Shown here: positions 39,517 to 51,575 of the stretch, piece by piece
Layout: each line of letters opens with the position of its first letter
How positions within the stretch are numbered: the stretch's first letter is position 1
Assembly (NCBI GenBank): GCA_016748015.1
Contig: JAAOMT010000570.1
Location: forward strand, 376,043-440,042
Source: Geosiphon pyriformis uo1
Lineage: Eukaryota > Fungi > Glomeromycota
Direction of reading: 5' to 3'
DNA length: 64,000 nt
Made by a program: the position numbers and the translations under genes
Notes under the pieces: generated by a model
What the model was told of the DNA's origin: nothing
What the model saw: only the letters and a program-made list of their open reading frames with translations
Database searches by the model: none

Positions 39517-40236
39517 CTAAACAATATTTTTAATTTTGTCTGGTAACATAACCTCCTCCTCAAGACTGAGCTCCATCGAAGTCCAATTACTGTCTGTAAT
39601 TTCCAGATAATAATCCAAAATTATTGAAGAAATTTGGTCTGAAAATTGTTAAAAATTCAGTTCTGTGAATTTTCCAATGTATTGAATCTTCAAGGGTTGT
39701 AAAATTGGGTTTTGTAAGATGTCTTCACAGGTGTGAAATAGGTCATAAAGTCTAAGAGCAGCTCTTAGTTTATAATAACTGTTTGTAGGTCCAGCTGTTG
39801 TCTTGAATTTATTGTAGAGTTGTTTCTGAATAGCTTTTTTTGTGAGGTTTGCTGCTGTAAGCTCCCGTTTTTGTTCATGAAGTGTTTTTTTAATGTAGAA
39901 ATATCTATATATTGGAGTATAGTCATAGTTTTCTTTATTAAGACACAGTTGAAGTTTTTGTTGAATAGTAGTATTTGGTAGAAAACTAATAGGAGTGAGC
40001 ATTAAGTTTTCTCTTAAAGCAAGCTTTAAAAGTTCTGGCAGGTGAATTCCAGAATAACTTCTTGTGTTCTTCTTATACAGATGATATTTTCATGAATTTG
40101 GGGCTAAATTTGTAACTACTTCTGTTTGGGTATAATTAATGTGGTTTCCAGTAATAGTAATAAATAATTTGGGTATTGTTTTTAAAGCTAACATTAGTTT
40201 TTGGGATAATTGTTGAATGTTTTGAAGAATAGTCAT
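39517..40236 (-). pseudogene. D accessory ORF3
   Basis: MTILQNIQQL...YRYFYIKK...RAALRLYDLF...IGKFTELNF; reads into the LTR. Confidence 0.75.
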
Positions 40237-40358
40237 TATAAGAGATTTAAAAATAAAAGAAAATTATTTTTGGTGTATGGGTTTTTATGTTATTTTTGCT
40301 TTGTTTTTGTGAAATTGTTTCTAAATTATAAGGAGATAACTATAATAATAAATTTAAG

Positions 40359-42380
40359 TTAAGTATTCAAGTTAGGAGATTGTTTAATGACAACTATTGG
40401 TTCTAAATTTTGGAGAATATCTTCAGGATTGATTAAAGAGAAATGTGTACCAATTTGTGGAATTAATGATTCAGGATTGTTTCTGGAATTATAGTGTTTC
40501 AAATAATCTCCATGTGCAACTTTTGCTAGAATTTTGTTATCAAGTCTTAGCTTGTATGATCCATTGCCTAGGACTTTATGGATAAAGAATGGTTCATTCC
40601 ATTTATTTTCAAATTTTCCACTCCATTGTTTTTCAGCTTTAGTTTTGTGTAAGAGAACTTTGTTTCTAATTTTAAATTCATTGGTAATTGGTGGCAATTT
40701 GTTGTCATGCCGTTCTTTTTGTTGAGCTTGGAAGTGTTCGATATGGGTGACTGCTATTTGTTGTTTTCCTTCCAACGTCCTAAGCAGAGTGTAGGCTTTT
40801 CATTGTAGTGTTTTCTGAAAGTTGTCTTTATTAATTGGTTGTACTGGGTATGTTTCTATTGTAAAACTAATTGGTAACGTTGCTGTTCTTCTGTAGGTTA
40901 AATTAAATGGTGTGTGTTTTGTGGTATTGTTACAGGTTGGAGTAACAAGCTAATGAATAGCAAGGGAAAACAGGATTGTAGGGTGATGGAAATAATCAAA
41001 GGAGAATTCAACTTTAAAGAGCAAATTGAATGAGTATGAATTCAATGTGCGAGATCAGTCTCATAAAATATCTCAGTCGCTATTCTTTTCAAAGGTAACT
41101 GGAAAATCTGAAGGTAGAGGGATAGTCCATATTGTCAACAATTGATCACTGCTGGTATTAATTTTATGCCTTCATGTTGGCACTTTTAGAATTCAATATT
41201 AGGTATCAACTTGTGCTCTTCAGTCACATTTATACAAATAGTCTTCAAATACTACAATTATTCAAACAAAAAAAGACCAACAAGTAATCTTTTATTCTAA
41301 GATGTTCGGATACTTGAAGGTAGAGAAAAGGAAATTAGCGATAAGAGAGTGATTGAGATAAAAGTTGTTATTTTTATTTATTTAATTCTTGTTTGAGAGA
41401 TGATTTTCTACTGCTAAGAAACTCATTGCTTATATAGCTAATAAAAGTAGTCAACAACTAAGTTAATAATCACTATCTAAAAATAGAATGGCTAATTATA
41501 TGATATCAGTGGCTAATACATGTGATAACTAATAAAAATTATGGGTTTCAACCATAACAGTATCTTGTTTTAGTGTTCTATATGCTAGTAACACTGATGG
41601 AATAAAGAGATCCCATTCTTACTCAAAATTGGTTGAGACTTTGGCTAATGATTTACACAATATTCTGTTGAAATGTTCTATAAGTCCATTTGTTTGTAGA
41701 TGGTAGGGCAAAGATAATGGTCTCTTAACATTAAATTATCCACAAATTTCCTGGATTAAATTGTTCATGAAATGTGTTCCTTGATCAGATAAAAGTTCTA
41801 TTGGACATCCATGTCTACAAATAATGTCTTCATAGATGAAGTTTGCTACTGATTTCGCATCTGCTCATTGAATGGCTCTGGCTTTGGGCCATTTGGTGAG
41901 ATAGTTTACAGCTACTGCAATATAATGGTTTCCTTAATTTGTGATAGGTAGTGGTCTGACTAAATCAATACCAACTCAGTCAAAAGGCTGTCCAACTTTG
42001 ATTGGGTTTAAAGGTTCTGTAGAGTGAGTTCCTCCTCTTCTTTGACAACTATCACAAGACTTAACGTATTCATAAATGTCTTTTCTCATTTGAGGCCAAA
42101 AGTAATATTCTAGTGTTCTCTAAGTGGTGCTGTCTTTTCTTAGGTGTGCTGATAAAGAGTTTGAGTGCATGTTATATAAAATGGTTTTTTTTTCATGTTC
42201 TTATATTAATCTGAGTAGATTGTCTGAGTTTCTGAAGTTTTGATAATAAATCATGTTGTTGTGTAAGAAGTATTGTTTGGCTTGTTGTTGTAATTGATGT
42301 TTTTTATCTGAGGACCAATCTGTTGGGATTGTTAATGTTTCCAAATATTGTTTAAGATTGTTGTAGTTTTCGGGGTTTAT
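40359..42380 (-). pseudogene. D integrase (separate ORF), interrupted by A solo LTR
   Basis: HHCC, SDQG, YHLQTNG, GPY/F tail; ends LEPIVVIKQSPNLNT*. Confidence 0.88.
40928..41559 (-). mobile_element. Solo LTR, family A
   Basis: TSD GTAT at 40924-40927 and 41560-41563. Confidence 0.92.
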
Positions 42381-42426
42381 TGTTTATTGTTTTGTTGTTA
42401 ATTCAAATGAGTGTTGGTTTTGTATT

Positions 42427-45400
42427 CTAATCTTGCCTCATTCTTGAGAGACAATTAATGTTGGTATGGAGTTTTCTTGGTTTGTGGTGTACAATATATT
42501 GGTAGTTGGCTAAAAATCCTGTCCATCGGGTTTGTTTTGCATTCAGCTAAGTGTTTTTGTTCTGAAGCCATTTAAGTCCAATATTATCAGTGATAATATC
42601 AAATTCTTTGGGTCTGAGGTAAAAGTTGAAGTGATGTAGGGCCCAGATTACTGTTGCAGTTTCTAATTCTGTTGCAAGGTAGTTCTTTTTGGCTGGTTTC
42701 AATGTTCTACTAGCATAAGCAATTACTTACTCATTTCTATTGTCATCTAACTATGATAGGATGGCATCAAAGGCAGTATAAGAGACATCTGTTGCTAACC
42801 AGAATCGGTTGCTGAAATCTGGGTAGGCGAGAATTGGAGCTGTTGTTTGTTTTTCTTTGAGAATTTCAAATGCATTTTGGTGTTCAGCAGTTCATTTGTA
42901 TTTGACGTTTTTGGTGGTAAGCTAGTTGAGAGGTTTTGCAATTTCTGAGAATTCTTTGATAAACTTCTGATAGTAAGAGGCTAATCCTATGAATCCTCTT
43001 AGTTCTGTAGTGTTTTGAAGAGTTTTGAAGTTTTTGACAGCACTGATTTTTCCAGGGTCTGGTTTGATTCCATCTTTACTAACAATATGACCAAGAAAAG
43101 CCAAGCTTGTTTTTTCAAAGTAGCATTTTTCAATGTTGAGTTTCAGTTCTGCTTTTTGTAATCATTGAAAAACTTCTCACAGGTGTTTTAAGTGTAATTT
43201 GAAAGATGGAGAATAAACATCAGTATCGTCAAAATAAACGACTACTGACTTCCAAAAAAGTCCTTTGTATACAATATCTATTAATCTCTGAAATGTTGCT
43301 AGTGCATTGCATAATCTAAAAGACATTATATTGAATTCATAATTTTTTTCTTGGGTTGTAAATGCTGTTTTGGGAGGATCTTTGAGGTCCATGGCAACTT
43401 GCCAGTATTCACTTTCTAGATCTAATGTTGAAAAGTATTTGGCTTTTCCAAGGGCATCCAACATATCATCAATTCGGGAAAGGGAGTAGGCATCTCCAAT
43501 GATAACACTGTTAAGTTGTCGATAATCAACACAAAATCGTATCTTTCCATTTTTCTTTTTAACTAAGACCACAAGTAAGGCCCATGGACTCATTGATGGT
43601 TGAATAAGCCCATTGTTGAGCATCTGTTGTACTTCTTTGCGGATAAATTGGTGACTTTCTGGAGCAACTTAATAGGCTTGCTGTCACCTTGGTTTGGCAT
43701 CTCCTGTATAGATTTAGTGTTGAACCAAATTGGTTCTTCCTAAGTCATTGTTGTTTTTGGCAAAGATATCGGCAAATTCTATAATTAGCTCTTTGAACTG
43801 GCTCTGTTGTTGTGATTCAAGTTGTCCCATGTTGATTTGAGATAGTTTTTCCATGACAACATGGTAGTTTTCAGAGCTGGGGTTTGGGTTGATTTTTGGT
43901 AGTGAATGTTCAATAATTTCAGAGAAATTGGAGACTGTTTGAGGTAATTTTTGTTAAAAGATATTACTATGAATAACTCCAATTTCTAAGTTATTTAATA
44001 AAACTATGAAATAATTATTGGGGTTGTAAAAAGTAACTCGAACTTTCTTTGTTCCTTCTGGAATGTAAATATTTGGGATCGAGATATTATGTTTTAAGCA
44101 AATTTGTTCATTGGACTCAAAAATTTGTTGGGTGGTTGTTGGCTTTGGGCAGATATAGATTTCGGGATGTTCTCTGAAAGGTAAAATAGTGATTGGTTGG
44201 AGAAGGCGTAAAATCTGGTGAGACTCATTTTGTTCATTGAGAGCTATGTTTACTGGAACTGTAAATCATCCAGTTGAACCAAAATCTTGTGTTCCTCTTT
44301 TGCTTTTTCTCAATTGTTCTCTTTAATTGACTAACTGTAAACCCAAAATGTTGATTAAGGGTAAATAGATAGCTTGAGCAATTTTTTTGGCATGTTTAAT
44401 TTTGAAAGGTTTATCAGTTTCATTTTGGAGTATTACTGTTATGTCACTAATATATCCAGCATTGATTATTCCTCCTCTGACATTGATTCCTTTGTTTGCC
44501 AGAGAGGACCGGGAAGTGATTTGAACCATTGCTCCTGGTGAAATTTCAAGGGCAATTTTGAGATTGATTTTTGTGAGAGATTTGGGTTTGAGAACAAGAG
44601 TATTCTTGTCTGGATATCTTAGGTCATATCCAGCATCAATTTTATGTGCTTTTTTGGGTTTTATTCCTTGTCCATTGTTGTTGAAGTATTTGAGTTGTAA
44701 GGCAGGCTGATTTTTAATGAGATAGATGGGTGTTGCTTCAATTTCTTCTGTTGCTTCAGGTTCTCCAAATTCAATTTCGTTTTCATTATTTTCACTGGGC
44801 AGAGAAATGCTATGAGCATAGCATTCAGGGCACCATTGCTCATTACAAGGCATTATGCATTCTTTACACAATTTAATGTTCATTTGCTCTAGCCATTGGG
44901 CTTGAGCTTCTTTGGGCAATTTGGTGATATACTTCTACTTTATTTTCGTAGTTGTATCCAGCGATTTCAAAGGTGTATGTAATGTATTCTGATTCTTTCA
45001 TTTGATGAACATTTTCTTGAGTGGCTCCATTAATTAAAGCCATTGCTAGATCAAAAATCATTTCGGTATTGTGAGGGTAATGGTACAGTTTGTTGAGGGT
45101 ACTGTTGTAAGCAGCATCAAAAGGGATTCCTCTTATTACTTTTTCTGAGATTAAAAGGGCATATTGGCATGTTTGATTGCAGACTCCTTCTCTGAATACA
45201 ACATCAATCCAGTCGCATTCATCAGGTAATTGTTCTCTACAAGTCAAACAGGGTGTTCTGTTCCATTTTCCACTTCTTTTGACTAGGTGTTTCCATTGTT
45301 CTTGGTGGCAGGATTTGCAATAGTAACAGATATGATTTCCATATTCTTCCTCAGATGAAATACAAGCTCCCATTGATGAGAGTTTTTTGTGGCAATCTTT

Positions 45401-47995
45401 GTATTTGAGTGGAATGTAGGAGCATTGTTTTTGTGGTTCTGGTTTTGAATAGGAGATATTCCATCCAGGTGTCACTGGTTCTTTTGTTTTAAGAGAATTG
45501 TTTGTTGAAAAATACTGTTGTTCAGTTTCATCAGCCCAATTGGAGGTTGATTCAAGTGCCATAAATGTTTCAATGATGAGTTTTTCTTTTTCCAGTTCGA
45601 ATTCAAAAGCTGGGGCTTTTTTGGAGCACTTGTTGAATATATTATAAGTGGCAGGTATCCAGGCGTGTTGTCCTTGGTAGGAGATTGTTAACTCTTGTGT
45701 CTCCCAATTCAGATTAGAATTGGCTTTTTGAAGCCAATCATTTTTGACAAGAGCTTAATATTAGAGAGCATCCATAACCAGAACTTTGACTGGAATGGTG
45801 ATTCCATCAATTGTAAATGGGAAGTTGTCAATTTCTCCTACTGGAGTCTTTTTTATGCCATCAGTAGTGACAATAATTGTCTGAGCTAGTCAGTCAACGT
45901 TCCTTTTTAGCTGCTGCATTAATTGATATGTGATAATGCTTCTGGCAGATCCACTGTCTAGGATCAAGCAAATTGGCTTTCCTTCTGCTTCAGCTTCTGT
46001 GTATATTGCAGTGATGGCTTTTTGCTCATTAGCTGCTGCATTGTTAAGTAAGAATGGTGATTCATTTGCTTCAAATTCGAAAGAGAATATATCTGAAAGA
46101 TTGGCATTTTCAGCAATTCTGGCTGGTGGGATTGTGGTAGGAGTATAAGAAGGGTTTTGTTGTTGTGCTGTAGTTCTACCTTCTGAGAGTGCAATATGGT
46201 GAAAATCCTGTTCTTCTGGCATCATAAGATAACTAGGTTGAGTATGATAGTGGTTGGGTCTTGGTTGAACTGAATTTTGGAAAACCAATTGGTTGTTTAA
46301 ATTGATTCTATTGTTGTTTACTTGGTATTGGTTTTGTGGTGTGAACTGATTTTGTGGAATCAATCTTCGAGCAGGCACTTGATAATGTTGTGTGGATGGT
46401 TGTTGGTATTGCTGTTGGATTGGCTGTAAGGCAGGCTAATAATAGTTACTTTGATATTAGGGTCTTGGTAGATAGTAAGCTGGTGGTGGTGATTGATAAT
46501 AAGATTGCTGTGGTGGAGGGTAATATTGATTACTCCTATTCTGTTGGTTTCATTGTAGCTTTCTGCAATCTCTTTTCTAGTGGCCAGAGATTCCACAGTA
46601 ATGGCAATTCTGAGACTGGTTATTAGAAAGTAGTGTGAAGTTATTTTGATTTCGTCTTTGGGGTAGTTGATATCTTTGGGGTTGCTGTTGTTATTATTGG
46701 TTGGTGAAGTAGTTTTCAACTTTCTTGGTTAATTGGTCAATTTTTTCTTCAGCTGCTGAGCTGGTTTCTCCAATAACTAGGTTAACAAGTTTGGTATGGT
46801 TGGCTTCTTTTATGGCCATTTTATAGTTTTTCGCCTATTGAATAGCAGTGGCTAAATGTTCTAGTGCATGTGGGCAAACTTTCTTGATAAGTTTGTCTTT
46901 TAGTCCAGTAATGAATTGATCCAAAATTTGTGCATTGGAGTAGTATTTATTGGTTTCTAATTGCCAAATCCTTCTAAGCAGTTTGTTGAATTTCCCAAGA
47001 TAGGTCATAACTGATTCACTTGGTTTTTGCTTGATATTTCAGAACCAATTTCGAAGGGTGATGGAAGTGTTATTGTTAGTGAACTGTTCTAGAAAAGCAG
47101 TTTTGAATACTTTCCAGTGTTCTGGTGGGGCTTCCAAGTTTTCAAACCATTTACTGGCCATTTCTTGTAAGAAGTATGGAATTGCTTTTAACATTTTGGC
47201 AGTGTTCCAACCATTTGCATCTCCTGCTTTTGAGACTTTGTCAAGCCATTCTTGAGGACTGGTTTCGCTGTTTTCTCTTATGAACTCAGAGATTTTTGCG
47301 ATATATGTGGAGGCCATTTCTTCTTTGTTTTCTGAGTCTTTTGTTTCTTGTTCTGATTCGGTCTCTTCACTTTGATTTTCTGCTAAGTAGTCAATAAGAT
47401 TTGTGCTGGTTAATATTGGTTCCTGTTGTTGAATAGGGCTTTTGGGTGACTGAAAATTTTCTATCCTTGAAAACCAAATAAGTGGTGAGCTTGGTGTTTG
47501 TGATTAAGCAAGTGAAGCTGGAAATGGTGTGATTGAAAGTGGTAATTTAAAACTGGTTCTTTGTTCTGGAGTTTGTAAATGTTTGGCAGTGGTTTTAGGT
47601 GTATTGGAAGTAGTTCTGAGTTTTTGTTTCTTTTTTCCTTTTCCTTCTTCTGTTTCCGATTCAAAACTAAGAGAAAATTTCTGTTCTACTGGGTAATTCT
47701 CTTTACAATACTGAATGATATTGAAGTTGAGTTCTTGGAAATATGTTTCAAGTGTTTGACTGTTAAAATCCTGAGTGTTTAGATGAGAGTGATGTACTAA
47801 GCTTTCATATAAGTTGTGTCTAACTTCTAAAATGTTGTAGTCTCCAAAAAGATAATTGTTGATGCAATTTTCAATGTACTGGTAAAGTGTTTTCTTGAAT
47901 GTTTCAATTCCATCTGGGATGTTAAATCTCTGCTTGCAGTGGGTGTAGATTGACTGATAATACTCTAGAGTTTTTGAATCTGTTTGAGTCGCCAC
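42427..47995 (-). pseudogene. D gag-pol (Gag-PR-Cys-rich-dUTPase-RT-RNase H)
   Basis: Capsid MASTYIAK (47317), LDSGSA, AGYDL/RSSLA/FGSTG dUTPase, FCVDY, YFDD; ends LSRMRQD*. Confidence 0.9.
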
Positions 47996-49373
47996 TTTTG
48001 AATTTGTTATTGCTGTGTTATTTTTGTGGGAGAGCACTAAATGTTACCAGAGGTTTTTGGTCTCTTCTTAGCTTTTGTATGTTTGTTGTAATGCTGTTAA
48101 TTCACGACTATGGGAAGTGTTTGAACCTTTGATAACTGAATTTATCTTCAAATTATCTTCTATAATTTGAACTGCTGGGCTTATAAGTAGAATGGCCAAT
48201 TTTGTGCCAGTTACTTTGTATAGTTACATTGTAGTAAACGCCAACTTTTTTCCAGAAATTCCTTATCTGGAAGCTCACTAAAATGTATAGTTACTTTGCT
48301 GTGAAAGTCAACTCTTCTACAGAAATCTCATCTGTAGGCTACCCTAATGATTATAGTAAGAAAATAAAAGAAAATAAAAGAAATGTAAAAGAAATTGAAT
48401 TCTGTTAAGGGAAACGTTTTTTTTTATTCAGACCTGAAGTCACTAACAGTTTATTGAAATTGGTAGCTAATCAATTTTAAAATGTTAGTTGGGTTTTGGG
48501 GATTTTCCAAGTGCAATAATAAAAAAATTTGGTTTTTCAAATTATTTGATATTTATTTCTTTTTGTGTGTGTAGGAATAGTTTTAGTGATAAAATCTAAA
48601 GTAAGATACATTTTCTCGACAAAAGAAGCTATTTTTTTATACAATTTGTTGTAACACTATTCCATGAACTTGAACTTTGCTCTTTTCTACAATTTTGCTA
48701 AACTAAAAATACATTTCGGTGAACTACAAGTTATTTCTGCAAACTATTAGATATTTTGGTGAACTATCAATTGTTTTGGCAAATTTCTACAAATTTCAGT
48801 AAACTTTTGAATGTTACATATTTCGGGGTATTGCATGATTGATCATTGCACTTAGGTTATATTTGTGTTATGTACAAATTGGGTTATTAATTAAATGATA
48901 ATTTTGGACATTTTGCTAATGTAATAAGTGATAATTTGAAATGATAATATATGCTAATTAATGATAAGATTTATAAAGGTAATTTCATGCTAAACAATAT
49001 CTTTAATTTCATCTGGTAACAACATCAACATCTTAAGTACAAGTGAAAGCATAATCCAAAAACTCTACTTTATTACATAACAAATACAGCATATTAAAAT
49101 AACTCTTATCATATAATCTTTTTTTGACTGCTACTAATAGCTATCTATACATAGCTTTCATTAAATATGTGTACAAGTTAAAAGACTTTTGGCTAATAAA
49201 CTCAGCAAGCATATAAAAATCAGAATGCCATATCTTTGCAATAGTAATCTAATCCATACATTTAATTATCATATTTGGAATTATATTGTTATGGTTGAAA
49301 CTTATACTTCTTATTAATTATCACATGTATTAGCCACTAATGTTATATAAATTAGCCACACTATTTTTAGATA

Positions 49374-49507
49374 GTGATCATTGACCTGATCAATGATCTG
49401 ACTATTGACTTGATCATTAACCTGATTATTGACCTAATCAATGACCTGATTATTAATCTAATCATTGATCTGATCATTGACCTAGTCATTGACCTGATCA
49501 TTGACCA
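49374..49507 (+). repeat. 12-bp tandem array (TGATCATTGACC)n in LTR A
   Basis: About 11 units here; about 1-9 in other A LTRs (e.g. 26693-26790, 54174-54281). Confidence 0.9.
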
Positions 49508-50071
49508 CTTTTAACAGCTATATAAGTGATGAATCTCTTAGCTGTAGAAAAGTATGTTCCAAATAATCAAAAATAAATAAAATAACAACTTTCATCTCAA
49601 TTATTCTCTTTTTCTACCTTCAAGTATCCAAACATCTTGGGATAAAAGATTACTTGTTGGTTAATTTTTACTCTTTTTCTGAAATGTATAAGTGTAGGAT
49701 TTGAAGATTATTGAATAAAACATGACTGAAGAACACATCTGATACTTGATATTGAATTCTAAAAGTGCTAACATGAGGCATAGAATTATACCAAGTGTGA
49801 TCATTTGTTGACAGTATGGACTATCCCTTTACCTTCAGATTTCCTGGTTATCTTTTTGAAAAAAATAGCAACTGAGATATTTTATGAGACTGATCTTACA
49901 CATTGAATCCATACTTATTCAATTTGCTCTTTAAAATTGAATTTTCTTTGATTATTTCTATTACTTTACAATCCTGTTTTCCCTTGCTATCTGTTAGCTT
50001 GTTACTCCAACCCATAACATAAAAGTGGTGCTCTCTGTGAGATTATCAAAATCCACTTTGTTTTTTATTGT

Positions 50072-51575
50072 ATGGGTGATTATTCATATCTGCCACAACA
50101 ATTAGAAGAACATTTTGAAGCACACAACAAAAACGATCTAGACTTTATTGAACTCAATTCTTTGCCCTCCTGCTTGATTTACTTTCCCATTGAAGATCAA
50201 TTCAGTAAACAATTCCAAGATTTTTGGAACTGGTTCCTGAATGAACATTCAGCTAAAACCTACACAGTCTATACAACTTATTACTTTGATCAAGCTTATT
50301 TTGAAGACAACTTTGAAGAAAAAACAACACCATCAATCAACTTTTATACTCCACAACTTTTAAACAACAGCCCCCTGATTTCAAATATCTGAATCATTAA
50401 ATCCATATTTGGATTGCTATCCATCAAGCAACTGAAACTTTCTTTGAAACAAAAGAAGAAAGCTACTAAACTGCTCCTGTTTTTGACCTTTTATCAAGCG
50501 AATTAGACTTATCTATACAAACAATTACCCCTGAACCAATGGCTAATGACTTCATGCAAGCAAACATTCTGGCCACCCTCTAAGGTATACAAACTGCTCT
50601 AGAAAGAAGAAACAATACCCCATTATCATTATTTAAAGGTGATGTACAAGATCTAATTGAATGGTTGGATGATTTTGAGAGAGCTGTCACGGCCAACCAG
50701 TATGATGAAAAATACAAGTTCCAAATCATTGGTGGCTATCTTCAAGGCTTTCCTGCTACCTGGTTCTCACAAAAAACAGATGCCAATGCTCAACACCAAA
50801 TAATCAGATAGACACCAACCAATGCTGAAAAAAAAAATATCTCTTTCACTACCTGGTTTGAGACCAAGTTTAGAATCCCAATATTAATATCCAAATAGTG
50901 CATGAAATTGGAAAGAAGAACTCAAAACCCTAAAGAAGTAGTGACTGAATATGCTAAAACTATCAGAAAGCTAATTAAATGTATAGACTTTGGGAGAAAC
51001 TGGACAGAAGAGCAAAAGGATTGAAAACTAATCTATCATATGCTCTTTGGCCTCTCTTGGCTTTAAAAGACAACCCAACAATGGACATGGCTATTGAACT
51101 GGCACAAAGAATTGAAGATAACCAAAGAATACATTTGGAATCTACACTTCTAGTTTTTGCTCTTGCTTTTACCATGGCTTTAGCTCCACAAATAGCTGCT
51201 GCCTCTTTTGCTGCCCAAACTCAAGACCCAAATAAACAGTTAATAGATAGACTCACAGCTTATCTTGCTCAGCTATTGAAATCTTTGGCCCAAGCAGTTA
51301 AAGAAAATCAACAACCCCAAAGACCCAGATTTGAACCCTGCTTCAATTAGTCCCAACAATAACCATATTAAAGACAGCAAAATCACGGCCCACCTGTGTG
51401 CTATTATTGTGAACTAACTGGACACTTCTCAAGAGACTGTAACAATCCTTCATTGCCCCCTCCAGCTTTTAGAAATAATAACATCCAGAATAACAGATCC
51501 AACAATAATAATGTTCCCAATCAAAAACCCAATCATGCCAACATCAATTTCTTTTATTAGCCTTTAAACTGGTAG
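50072..51575 (+). pseudogene. A3 gag
   Basis: Homologous to 58920-60476; stops and indels. Confidence 0.88.

Larger units (their letters stand above)
38570..49021 (-). mobile_element. Ty3/Gypsy element D (full length, decayed)
   Basis: TSD ACAT at 38566-38569 and 49022-49025; LTRs 38570-39548 and 48042-49021; PPT GAGGAGGAGG; decayed PBS TAGTGCTC. Confidence 0.93.

Noticed and set aside
41030-41130. Intact intron-containing tRNA-Met gene in LTR A
   Set aside because: Only the anticodon arm and AGGT match; no acceptor stem, D-arm or GTTCGA T-loop. Reported as complementary boxes instead.
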